From Akkermansiaceae bacterium (GTDB lineage Bacteria; Verrucomicrobiota; Verrucomicrobiia; Verrucomicrobiales; Akkermansiaceae): a stretch of 39,865 nt of DNA. Every line of letters begins with the position of its first letter. Within the stretch, counting starts at the first letter, position 1. The translations under genes and the position numbers were made by a program. The notes below the pieces were generated by a model. That model worked only from the letters and a program-made list of their open reading frames with translations. It ran no database searches and had not been told where the DNA came from. The stretch is from positions 1 to 39,865 of the forward strand of contig JAYWAR010000106.1 in NCBI GenBank assembly GCA_043782285.1, given 5' to 3'. Below are positions 8,577 through 17,153 of the stretch, one piece after another.

Positions 8577-9233
8577 CTAAACTAGCCCTTGACGGAGAGC
8601 TTTAGAAACCGCTTCGCTTTGGGTTCGAACTTGCATTTTCCGATAAACCGAGCGCAAGTGCATGTCCACCGTATGGGTTGAAATCGAGAGTTTTTCGGCA
8701 ATTTCTTTTTTGATCAAGCCTCTGACTAGAAAGCATAACACTTCTTTTTCTCGTGGTGTGAGCGGCTCAATGTACTGAACCGGGCCATAGCGAGCGAATC
8801 CTTGCAGAATCATCTGGATAATCGGTGCGCTGAGTGCCGAAGTGCCGTGAATTACGTCGCGAATGCCTGCGAGAATCTCGCTCGACTCGGCGCTCTTGAG
8901 GAGATAGCCGGATGCACCATTGCAGATGGCACGGTAAACTTTTTCTCGGTCGTCAGATGCGGATAGAACCAGCACTTTTACGCAAGGCAACAAAACGCGA
9001 ATATCGGTCAGCACGTCGAGACCATCGCGGCGGGGAAGTCCAAGATCGAGTAGCAGCAGTTCCGGTCGCTCGTTGGTGAATTTTAGTTTGTCGAGTAGCT
9101 CGGCAGAACTGGTAAAGTGATGCGGACAAGTCAGATCGGGCTGGTGGTTAATCAAGCGGCGGATCTGCTTGGCGAAGACTTCGTGATCTTCGACGATCCA
9201 GATACAATGGCTGGCGGGGGAGGGAGCGATCAT
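8577..9233 (-). CDS. NarL/FixJ-family response regulator (REC + LuxR HTH)
   Basis: IWIVEDH, LLLLDLGLP, GASGYLLK and LTPREKEVL..L..G...KEIA.KL.IS..TV..H...VY.K. Confidence 0.95.
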   Translation of the reverse strand: MIAPSPASHCIWIVEDHEVFAKQIRRLINHQPDLTCPHHFTSSAELLDKLKFTNERPELLLLDLGLPRRDGLDVLTDIRVLLPCVKVLVLSASDDREKVYRAICNGASGYLLKSAESSEILAGIRDVIHGTSALSAPIIQMILQGFARYGPVQYIEPLTPREKEVLCFLVRGLIKKEIAEKLSISTHTVDMHLRSVYRKMQVRTQSEAVSKALRQGLV

Positions 9234-10432
9234 GCGAATGTGGGCTGAGTGATGAGCTGTGAGCGCTTGACCAAAAGTCGAATTTGGGTCCCGATTTGGT
9301 GGGATGAATGGATTTGAAATTGTCCTTCGAGGACTCGGGCTCGGTCTTTGAGTTTGTGGACTGTTTGCGGGCTGAGCTCCGCATTCAGCGGCAAGCCGAT
9401 GCCGTTATCGAGGATTTCCAGCGCCAATTGATCGTCTTGATCCCACAACCGGATCGAGACGTGATTGGCTTGGGAGTGCTTCAGGATGTTGTGGATCGCT
9501 TCTTTGTAGAATAGAAAAAGATGACGCTTTGCATCGAGTGAGAGCTTGGCGGAGATTTTATTTGAATCACATTCGAGGGTATAATGGATTTCACGTAACA
9601 GTCGGCCTGCGGTTTCGCGCATTCTTTGAACGAGGTCGCCAATGGAATCCTGACGCTGTTCCAATAACCAGACGATGTCGTGGATCGCTAACGAACTTTC
9701 GCGGGCGATGGATTCGACTTCGCGTAGATCTCGGGCAAGCGCTGCGGAATCGCCGTGGCTGACTAAATCTTCGCGAGCGCTGCGGGCAATGAGGGAAATA
9801 CTGCCGAGATTACTTCCAATGTCATCGTGTAGGTCGGCGGCGATTCGTTGGCGAATTTGCCCGAGTTGATCTTCTGAGCGCAAACGTTGTCGTTTGAAAA
9901 GGAGTGCTGGAATTAGCATGCTCAACCCGAGAATCAGGCTAGAGCCGCAAATGGCGTTGAACTCAGTGGGGGAATGCGCGTGTTCCTGAGTTGGAATCAA
10001 GCGGCTAAGTGCCTGCTGGATTGAGTCAAGTTCAGCGAGTGGGGAAAGCGAAGTGATGGCTGGCGAGATCGATTTTTTGGTGGTGTAAACGCCGACAGCG
10101 GAACCGGGCTGTGGGCGATGATTTGGCAGCGAGTGAGTGACACCTCGACTGCCGGTGATATTTTGATTTTCAGCCCAAACTGCAATTTTAGGATTTGCGG
10201 TCATCAATGCGGTCGCGATTGGATGCGTCTGATCTTGGGCGAGGCTTGAGAGTCGATATTTGAGCGAGGAGATCGGGTCTTTGGGGGGCACCTGCTGAGG
10301 GGTGAAAACCCGCGCGATCCGGCCAAGTGGATGGGGGAGCGATGCCGATTCAAAAGCGTTTGCCGGGCTTGGCGACAAGTAAATCAGTGCCGAGATGACG
10401 GCACCGCAAAAGGGATGGGGGGAGGATGGCAT
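9230..10432 (-). CDS. Sensor histidine kinase (HisKA_3 type)
   Basis: TM helix then RQRIAADLHDDIGSNL, KEAIHNILKHS and LEILDNGIG; 4-nt overlap with the response regulator. Confidence 0.9.
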   Translation of the reverse strand: MPSSPHPFCGAVISALIYLSPSPANAFESASLPHPLGRIARVFTPQQVPPKDPISSLKYRLSSLAQDQTHPIATALMTANPKIAVWAENQNITGSRGVTHSLPNHRPQPGSAVGVYTTKKSISPAITSLSPLAELDSIQQALSRLIPTQEHAHSPTEFNAICGSSLILGLSMLIPALLFKRQRLRSEDQLGQIRQRIAADLHDDIGSNLGSISLIARSAREDLVSHGDSAALARDLREVESIARESSLAIHDIVWLLEQRQDSIGDLVQRMRETAGRLLREIHYTLECDSNKISAKLSLDAKRHLFLFYKEAIHNILKHSQANHVSIRLWDQDDQLALEILDNGIGLPLNAELSPQTVHKLKDRARVLEGQFQIHSSHQIGTQIRLLVKRSQLITQPTFA

Positions 10433-10436
10433 GAGA

Positions 10437-10454
10437 GTAGGGAAAATACCCTGC
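10437..10454. promoter_or_regulatory. Imperfect palindrome just upstream of the kinase start (possible autoregulatory site)
   Basis: GTAGGG-AAAATA-CCCTGC, 4 nt from the kinase start codon. Confidence 0.35.
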
Positions 10455-10670
10455 GATCATGAATATTTTTTAAAAACAATCAACCTATTTTGAGTCAGCC
10501 GAGGTATGGTTTAGGTCGATTTGTCAGCTGTCTGGCCGGTTTGATCCGGAAACAGGGAACCGTTTTCTGGGGAGATCGGCGGTGATTTCGCGACGCTGTG
10601 GTCGGTTTGATTTCGGGGTTTTTGAAGGCGGGTATCAGGATTTCGAGACGCCCCAGCCAGCGTTTTTCGC

Positions 10671-11084
10671 TCAAATGTAGAACATTGGATCGTTGTGTTT
10701 GCTGGCTAGGCTTTCGACGGTGATCTGGTCGAGCGAGTGGTGGAGACTGGAGGAAATTTGCTGCCAAGCGCGTTTCACGGCTGGTCCAGAGTCACCGTCT
10801 GGGGCTACGGAACATTGCAACAGCGCGGGATCGACGGCCTCGACTACTTGGCGAAGGGTGATTTGATCCGCGGTCCGCCCGAGGAGGTAGCCGCCAGCTT
10901 TGCCGCGACGGCTTTCGATCAGCCCGGCGCGGCGTAAATCGTTAAGAATTTGCACCAGAAAGTTGCCAGAAACCGCTTCGCGTTGCGCAAGGTCCTCAAG
11001 TCGTGTAAGAGTCCGGCCGTCATGGTATTTCGCCAGCTGGGTCATCGCCCGGCAGGCGTATTCCAATTTCTGTGAAATCTTCAT
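10671..11084 (-). CDS. cymR: Rrf2-family transcriptional regulator, CymR-like
   Basis: MKISQKLEYA.RA and LVQIL..LRRAGL.ES.RG..GGY.L; lacks the IscR three-Cys cluster; ends MFYI like Firmicutes CymR; divergent from cysE. Confidence 0.75.
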   Translation of the reverse strand: MKISQKLEYACRAMTQLAKYHDGRTLTRLEDLAQREAVSGNFLVQILNDLRRAGLIESRRGKAGGYLLGRTADQITLRQVVEAVDPALLQCSVAPDGDSGPAVKRAWQQISSSLHHSLDQITVESLASKHNDPMFYI

Positions 11085-11946
11085 GAGCGAATCTCAACAG
11101 GCCGGACCCGTTCCGGCGAGCAAGAATGCGGCCAAGCTGTGCGCCGGGAAAGTCGCGGACCTGCTTAATGCCTGGGAAACCCTGCGTCACGAGGCAGTTC
11201 GGGTCACGATGGAAGAGCCAACGCTGAAGCATTTGGTCCATGATGTGATCCTTTCTCGGGAGACGCTAGGGGCGGCGCTGGGGGCGCGCTTGGCCCGCCG
11301 TTTGGCACGTGAGGATATGCCGCGAGCAAGCATGGAGCCTTTGCTGACTGGGGTATTTGAGGCTCATCCTGAGATTGTGCATGCCGCCACGCGGGATTTA
11401 CTCGCGATGTTTGAGCGAGATCCTGCGTGTTTTTCGCCATTGGAGCCGGTGCTTTTTTTCAAGGGTTTTCTCGCACTCACCACCTACCGAGTTTCTCACC
11501 AACTTTGGAGGGAGGACCGCCGCTGGCTGGCACTTTATTTTCAAAGTGTCGCCAGCGAGGCGTTTGCGGTGGATATTCACCCTGCGGCACGGATCGGGTG
11601 TGGGATTTTACTGGATCACGCAACCTCCTTCGTGGTTGGGGAGACGGCAATCATTGAGGACGATGTTTCAATTTTGCATGAAGTCACGCTTGGCGGTACT
11701 GGCAAGGAGTCCGGCGACCGCCATCCGATCATTCGTTCTGGGGTTCTGATCGGTGCCGGGGCTAAAATTCTCGGTCGGGTGGAGATTGGCAGTGGGGCAA
11801 AAATTGGTGCGGGCAGCGTCGTTCTCAATGACGTTGCCCCCCACCAGACCGTTGCCGGAGTGCCGGCGATTGTTGTCGGGGTTTCGAAAGAGGAGAATCC
11901 GGCGATTGAAATGAATCAAAACCTCGATTGTAGCAGTAACATCTAA
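11083..11946 (+). CDS. cysE: Serine O-acetyltransferase
   Basis: SATase_N (WETLRHEA...EP.L), ERDPAC, FFKGF, VDIHPAARIG.GILLDHAT, VTLGGTGK..GDRHP and hexapeptide repeats. The ATG at 11083 is the only in-frame ATG/GTG/TTG between the Rrf2 gene and the conserved Trp. Confidence 0.95.
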   Translation: MSESQQAGPVPASKNAAKLCAGKVADLLNAWETLRHEAVRVTMEEPTLKHLVHDVILSRETLGAALGARLARRLAREDMPRASMEPLLTGVFEAHPEIVHAATRDLLAMFERDPACFSPLEPVLFFKGFLALTTYRVSHQLWREDRRWLALYFQSVASEAFAVDIHPAARIGCGILLDHATSFVVGETAIIEDDVSILHEVTLGGTGKESGDRHPIIRSGVLIGAGAKILGRVEIGSGAKIGAGSVVLNDVAPHQTVAGVPAIVVGVSKEENPAIEMNQNLDCSSNI

Positions 11947-11950
11947 TCTC

Positions 11951-12934
11951 ATGAAGTCCTATTTTCCGATCGTCGCCTTGTTGGGCATCAGTGCATTTTC
12001 TTGTGACAAGGCCAAAAATTGGGCCAATCAGGCGCGAGTGGCGGTGGAAGGCGGGCTGGCGAAAAAAGCCGGCGAAGCAGGTGCCACGACCGCAGACCCG
12101 GCGTTGCAGAAACTGGTGGACCAGACTCCGGAGGGCGTCATTTTTCGCAAGGATTTGCCATTTCCTCGGCAGCTCGAAGTGAAGACTACCCGTTTGCAGG
12201 AGCTGGCTGGGCGCTTCGTTGAGACTTCTGCGATCGAAAGTCAGGTTCGTAATCTTAAAGGGACCGAAACTACCGTGACCAAACTGGAGCGTGCGGGTGA
12301 CCAAGTTCGCTACACCCTCGAGCAGTCGATTTTCACCGAACCGGTGAAAGTAAATGCCGATAAGGAGGCAAAGCCGGAGGTTAGAGAGTTGGCACCGCCT
12401 TCCAAACCCTGCACTTATAAAAAATCCGGCAGCACTTGGAAAGCCGACAACAGCCAGGGTTTTCGAGCGGTGGCCCTTTCCAAACAATTGTCCCCGATGT
12501 TTGAACAACTTCTGATCGAGAATGCGCTCGCTCCCAGGCCGCTTTGGTTTGCGAAGCGTCGTTTGCAGATCGGGGATCAAGTCACCGTCGCCGCGACGAC
12601 CCTAGCGATGTTGATGAGTGGTGACGCCAAGGGTTCTTTCACGCTGACGCTCAAGTCGTTCGAGGCGGTTAAAGGACATCCATGCGGAATGTTCGCGGTA
12701 AGCGGCGATTTTAAGTACAAGCAGTTTCCGGACTTTGAAGGGAATTTTTCGGATAAAGAGGTGACGATCCAGTCGGGTAAGCTGTGGTTATCGCTGATTT
12801 ATCCATTGGTGCTCAAAGAGGAGACGGACTGCATTCAGACCCTCCGGACGGGTGGCCAAGGCGGACTTACGATCCGTGGTCAAGGCTCAGCCAAGATCAC
12901 GGTGATCCGCGAGTGGAAAAAGACGGGTCCCTGA
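11951..12934 (+). CDS. Hypothetical lipoprotein
   Basis: MKSYFPIVALLGISAFS-C lipobox-like signal; 327-aa ORF 4 nt after cysE. Confidence 0.75.
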   Translation: MKSYFPIVALLGISAFSCDKAKNWANQARVAVEGGLAKKAGEAGATTADPALQKLVDQTPEGVIFRKDLPFPRQLEVKTTRLQELAGRFVETSAIESQVRNLKGTETTVTKLERAGDQVRYTLEQSIFTEPVKVNADKEAKPEVRELAPPSKPCTYKKSGSTWKADNSQGFRAVALSKQLSPMFEQLLIENALAPRPLWFAKRRLQIGDQVTVAATTLAMLMSGDAKGSFTLTLKSFEAVKGHPCGMFAVSGDFKYKQFPDFEGNFSDKEVTIQSGKLWLSLIYPLVLKEETDCIQTLRTGGQGGLTIRGQGSAKITVIREWKKTGP

Positions 12935-13004
12935 GTGGGTGGGTGGTAATTCGGCTTGATTCTCCACTTGCGGGGGGGCAGTGGCAGCGAGCATGCTCCG
13001 CATT

Positions 13005-13499
13005 ATGAATGATGAAAATTCGTTTTGGAAAGGGAGCTCGTCGCAGTGGCTGAACCTGGGTGCCTACACGGTGGCTTTGGTCGCGACGGGTGGCTTGATC
13101 GTCGTTGGGATGCTTTTTCCTCCTGTCCTCTTTGGCTTGATTGTGCCCGTCGGCTACGTGGTTTGGTGCTACCTTAGCGTTCGGTGCCAAGTTTTTGAGC
13201 TCACCAGTGAGCGGCTGCGGTTCACTCGCGGAGTGATCAATCAGAACATTGATGAAATTGAGCTCTACCGGATCAAAGATTCCCAAATGATCCGCCCTTG
13301 GTGGATGCGGCTTACCGGTCTCGCTTCAATTATTCTGGCAACTTCTGACCGTTCGTTGCCGCAGCTCGTCATTCCTGCGATTCGTGGTGGCGCGGAACTC
13401 CGGGAACTGCTGCGGACTCAGGTTGAGCTCCAGCGCGACCGCAAACGAGTCCGCGAGACTGACTTTGACCAAGTCGGGGGGGATTTCGAGCAAGGTTGA
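13005..13499 (+). CDS. Bacterial PH-domain (bPH_2) membrane protein
   Basis: Two TM helices then FELTSERLRFTRGV....DEIELYRIKD and R..GL..I.L.TSD.S.P; start MNDEN. Confidence 0.85.
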   Translation: MNDENSFWKGSSSQWLNLGAYTVALVATGGLIVVGMLFPPVLFGLIVPVGYVVWCYLSVRCQVFELTSERLRFTRGVINQNIDEIELYRIKDSQMIRPWWMRLTGLASIILATSDRSLPQLVIPAIRGGAELRELLRTQVELQRDRKRVRETDFDQVGGDFEQG

Positions 13500-13568
13500 C
13501 AAATAGCGCGGCAAAATGTCCGGACTGAGACCTCCAAAGTACAAGGAAGAACACGATTTAGAACTCAC

Positions 13569-16553
13569 TTATCGCTCGAGAGCGGCAGGTTTGATGCCGA
13601 CGAGGAGGGCGTTTTCTGCGGTGAAGTATTTTTTGGCGAGGTCGTTAATTTCGGTGAGGGTGATCGAGCGGTAGTCGGCCTCGCGATTGCGGGCGAACTC
13701 TAAGCGTTTGGGGTTACTTTGGCATTCGCTCATGACGGTGGTAAGCCAGTAGTTGTTGTCGCGGAGGGATTTTTCGAGCTGGCCAAGGGTGGGCTTGAGC
13801 GCTCGCTCCAGTTCGTCGGCGGTAGCTCCGTGGAGGGCGAGTTGATTTGCAAGCTCGCGCATGGTGTTGAGCAGGCGCTCGAGATCCTCGGGCTTACCGA
13901 CACTCTGGCCGATGAGATAGCCGACCCCTTCGAAGGCATTTGAGCCGTCAGCCCCGGCATTCGGGCTGTAAGATGCGCCAAGCTTTTCGCGGATTTCCTC
14001 TCGCAGACGGTCGCCATAAATTTCGCCGAGGATGTTGAGGCGGCGGAACTCCGTGGTGTTATCGCGAAGACCGACGGTTTTCCAGAGGGTGGTGGCGATG
14101 GCTTGAGGGACTTTAGAATCGTAGGTGAAGGTCTTGGCAGCGGGGGCCTTGGGCAGCTGGATTTTACGAGCGGGCAGCAGGGCAGGGGCAACGAGTGCGC
14201 GGGTGGGGATTGCCCCAAAGGTCGCAAGTAGCTCAGGGAGAATTTGAGAGATTTCGAAGTCCCCGACCAAGGTGAGCTCGAGGTAGCCCTTGGTGAGCTC
14301 GGGAGTGAGCCATTTTTTGACGTCGTCGATGGTATAAGCAGAAAGCTTCTCGACCGGAGCGGCGGTGAATCGCGAGTCGCCGCCGTGGAGCCAGGCTTGC
14401 ATTTCTTGTTGTGGGCCGGCAGCGGTGTGTTTGAGCTGTTGGTAGAGCATTGGGATGGCTTTGCGGAACTGCCAGAGAGCCTCCTCGCGGTAGCCGGGAT
14501 CGGTGAGGGTTGCGCTCATCAGCTGTAGCTCGGTCCCGAGATCGGCAGGGGTGGTGGTGCCGCTGAGGATGAAGGTGTCTTCGCCGATGCTGAGCGAGGT
14601 GCCGACATTTTTACCGGCGAAAATTTGTTGGAGTTGGTCGTTGGTGTGTTTGCCGAGGCCGCCGCCTTCAAACAGTGCGGTGGCGAAGATGTCGAGCATC
14701 GGCATGTCTTTCGGTTGGGTGAGTTTGCCGGAACCGATCCGGGCAGACAGGCAGATTTTGCCTTGTTCGAAATCAGTGGGCTTCAAGTTGACTCGAACCC
14801 GGTTGGAAAGCACCAGTTGGGTGATTCCAAGATCCTTGACCTCAGTACGTAGAATCGTTTTGCCGGGCTTGCCAAAATTGGTGTAGCCGAAAGTTTGATT
14901 GGCGCGTTGGATCGGAGCAGTAACTGATTTACCGCGAGATTCTTCGAACAAGGCAGCGAGATCTTTTTCAGCGTTTGCCGGGTGGTCTTTAGTAGTTAGG
15001 GTAAGATGGTATCCGGGAGCTTCCCAGAATTTTTTCAAGGCGAGATGGCAAGTGGCGAGGTCAAGGGTATCAAGCGCGTGTTTAGCGAGCTCTAAATCGG
15101 TCGTGGGATCCGAAAAAACGCGATTGTCGTTGATTGATTTGGCGAGTGCGCTGGCGATGAGTTCGGACTTGCGGGTGGCCTGTTGTTTTACCTGCTGCTC
15201 GTAAGCATTGAGGGTGTTGGATTTGGCTTCAGCGAGCTCGTCGGCGGAGAAGCCGTAGTCGAAGGCACGACGAAATTCTTGCTCCAAGATCGGCACGGCT
15301 TCCTGCCAGCGGTCATCGGCAGCGGTGACGTCGATCGAGCCGAGCTCAAGGTTGTTAAAAAGCGCGTTGTAGGACGCTGAACCGGCGGCAATCGCGGAGC
15401 CTTTGATTTTTGCAAGCCGCTCAAAGCGTCGGTTGATGATCGAGTGAGCGATGTCTAAGGCCAAGTGCTTGGCGCGGGTGGCCGCGCTGTCTGGCTCGGG
15501 TTGGTAAGGCCGGACTAGCGTCAGGGAAATTTCGGTGGAAGTGAGTTCTTGGTCCGCAAAAATAGCCGGCTCAATCCCTTCGGGTTGTTGAATCGTGCCA
15601 AGATCTGGGTTTTTACCGGAATTCTGCGGGTTGACCATGGAGCTAAAAGTAGTCTCGATTTTAACCTGCATCGCTTTGGGATCGATGTCGCCGACGACAA
15701 TCAAAGTCATCCGCGATGGCGTGTAGTAGCGGCTGTAGAGATCGACAAAACGCTCGCGTGGAGCCGACTTGATGACTTCTTCGAGGCCGATCGGGAATCG
15801 CCGTGCAATCCGTGAATTCGGGAGTATTTTAAGGAATTGTTGTTCCATCAACCGGGTTTCGACCGAGTCACGACTGACTTTCTCCGATAAGATGACGCCG
15901 CGTTCCTTGTCGATTTCCTCGCGGGTGAGCAGGGCACCGTCGCCGAAATCTCGCATCACGGTGAAGCCAAGTTTCAGTGTTTCAGGCGAGAGATCAGGCA
16001 GGTCGAGCATGTAAACGGTTTCGTCGAAAGAGGTGTAAGCGTTGGCGTGGGCACCGAAAGAGATTCCCAACCGCTGCATTTTGGGGATGAGCTCTGCCGC
16101 AGAATAATTTTTGGAGCCGTTGAAGACCATGTGTTCAAGGAAATGGGCGAGTCCTTGCTGGTCATCCGCTTCCATTAAGGAGCCGGAAGCGATGTGTAGC
16201 CGTAAGGACAAGCGTTTCTGCGGCTCGCGATTCGGGTAGATGATGTAGCGAAGCCCGTTGGCTAAAGCTCCGAAAGTCGCGGTGTGGTCTGGAGCGATGT
16301 CGGACTCGATTTGTGGCCATGGGCTTACCGGTGGTGTCACGGAGATGGCTGCGGGTTCCGTCTCGGTGGCAGCGGGGTGGGGGGGGGAGGGCTGGACGGC
16401 GGCGGGTGTGCTTGGGACTTGCGGCGGCGGCAAGGCCAGTTTTGGGATGCTCGGTTGCGGTTGGCTAAGGCGCGGCCGGGGTGAACGGATCGAAAGCGTG
16501 GTCGCGGTAATGGCGAGGATCACGATATATATGAACGGCGTAGCCTTTTGCAT
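13569..16553 (-). CDS. M16 family zinc peptidase (PqqL-like), membrane-anchored
   Basis: GSLME.DDQQGLAHFLEHMVFNGS (inverted HxxEH), NAYTSFDETVY and LREEIREKLGASYSP; start MQKATPF, then TM helix and Pro-rich linker. Confidence 0.93.
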   Translation of the reverse strand: MQKATPFIYIVILAITATTLSIRSPRPRLSQPQPSIPKLALPPPQVPSTPAAVQPSPPHPAATETEPAAISVTPPVSPWPQIESDIAPDHTATFGALANGLRYIIYPNREPQKRLSLRLHIASGSLMEADDQQGLAHFLEHMVFNGSKNYSAAELIPKMQRLGISFGAHANAYTSFDETVYMLDLPDLSPETLKLGFTVMRDFGDGALLTREEIDKERGVILSEKVSRDSVETRLMEQQFLKILPNSRIARRFPIGLEEVIKSAPRERFVDLYSRYYTPSRMTLIVVGDIDPKAMQVKIETTFSSMVNPQNSGKNPDLGTIQQPEGIEPAIFADQELTSTEISLTLVRPYQPEPDSAATRAKHLALDIAHSIINRRFERLAKIKGSAIAAGSASYNALFNNLELGSIDVTAADDRWQEAVPILEQEFRRAFDYGFSADELAEAKSNTLNAYEQQVKQQATRKSELIASALAKSINDNRVFSDPTTDLELAKHALDTLDLATCHLALKKFWEAPGYHLTLTTKDHPANAEKDLAALFEESRGKSVTAPIQRANQTFGYTNFGKPGKTILRTEVKDLGITQLVLSNRVRVNLKPTDFEQGKICLSARIGSGKLTQPKDMPMLDIFATALFEGGGLGKHTNDQLQQIFAGKNVGTSLSIGEDTFILSGTTTPADLGTELQLMSATLTDPGYREEALWQFRKAIPMLYQQLKHTAAGPQQEMQAWLHGGDSRFTAAPVEKLSAYTIDDVKKWLTPELTKGYLELTLVGDFEISQILPELLATFGAIPTRALVAPALLPARKIQLPKAPAAKTFTYDSKVPQAIATTLWKTVGLRDNTTEFRRLNILGEIYGDRLREEIREKLGASYSPNAGADGSNAFEGVGYLIGQSVGKPEDLERLLNTMRELANQLALHGATADELERALKPTLGQLEKSLRDNNYWLTTVMSECQSNPKRLEFARNREADYRSITLTEINDLAKKYFTAENALLVGIKPAALER

Positions 16554-16733
16554 GCAATCAGCGTGGTTGAGAGAGAATGGGTTTGGCAACGTTGAAAATC
16601 GAACGGGGTCCGCCTTGGAAGATTTCACGGCACTGGGTATTTGGTTTGGATCCTGAGAGTCCCATGGGTTGTTGATTTCGAGATAGTCGAAATAAAGGCG
16701 CACCCGGGTCGTCGGATTTTTCCTTAACAAAAA

Positions 16734-16828
16734 TGACAGAGGGGCAGGCACAGGCCTGAATGGCAGTGACAGAGGGGCACAGTGACAGAGGGACAGGCCT
16801 TCTGTCATGGGCCTTCTGTCATGACAAG
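16734..16828. repeat. REP-like cluster of direct and inverted TGACAGAGGG units
   Basis: TGACAGAGGG at 16734, 16767 and 16783; GGCCTTCTGTCATG tandem at 16796 and 16810; hairpin TGACAGAGGG-ACAGG-CCTTCTGTCA. Confidence 0.75.
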
Positions 16829-16988
16829 GTCGATTACAAGGGCGTTGGGCCGGAGTTGTAGGGGCTTAAACCGAGTTACCGGTCAGTCTTCATCATTTAA
16901 GAGGATTTCCCCTGAGCCGCAAATCACAAGTGACTTGCTTGCTCGCTCACCGTCGGTTATTTCCCTTTCTCGCCTTGCGGCTGTCTGA

Positions 16989-17060
16989 GTCTCCGTAGTT
17001 CAATGGATCGAACGATGGTTTCCTAAACTGTAAATCCGTGTTCGATTCACGGCGGGGACA
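16989..17060 (+). tRNA. tRNA-Arg (CCT)
   Basis: Cloverleaf: acceptor GTCTCCG/CGGGGAC, D-arm GTTC/GAAC, anticodon arm ATGGT-TTCCTAA-ACTGT, T-arm CCGTG-TTCGATT-CACGG; CCA not encoded. Confidence 0.92.
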
Positions 17061-17153
17061 TTGACTGGGCCAAACAGAGGTAAGATTTTCAAAGGGTGAT
17101 CTGAACTTTTTTTGTGAGCCGCTGCGGCGGGGAGTTCTTCGGCATCGATCCCC

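Noticed and set aside
10900-11082. N-terminal extension of cysE in the ORF track
   Set aside because: It is the antisense of the Rrf2 gene and has no SATase similarity.
11825-12580. 251-aa antisense ORF, and the many antisense ORFs over pheT/pheS, M16 and CLC
   Set aside because: Shadow frames of real genes in GC-rich sequence with no recognisable motifs.
16554-16808. 85-aa N-terminal extension of the M16 ORF
   Set aside because: It runs through the repeat cluster; the promoter geometry and TM helix support the start at 16553.
16734-16828. CRISPR array (also considered for 28047-28080)
   Set aside because: Units are 10-16 bp with no unique 30-40 bp spacers, and there are no cas genes.
16989-17150. 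tRNA-Arg as an island integration site
   Set aside because: No integrase, and I found no duplicate of the tRNA 3' end in the window.
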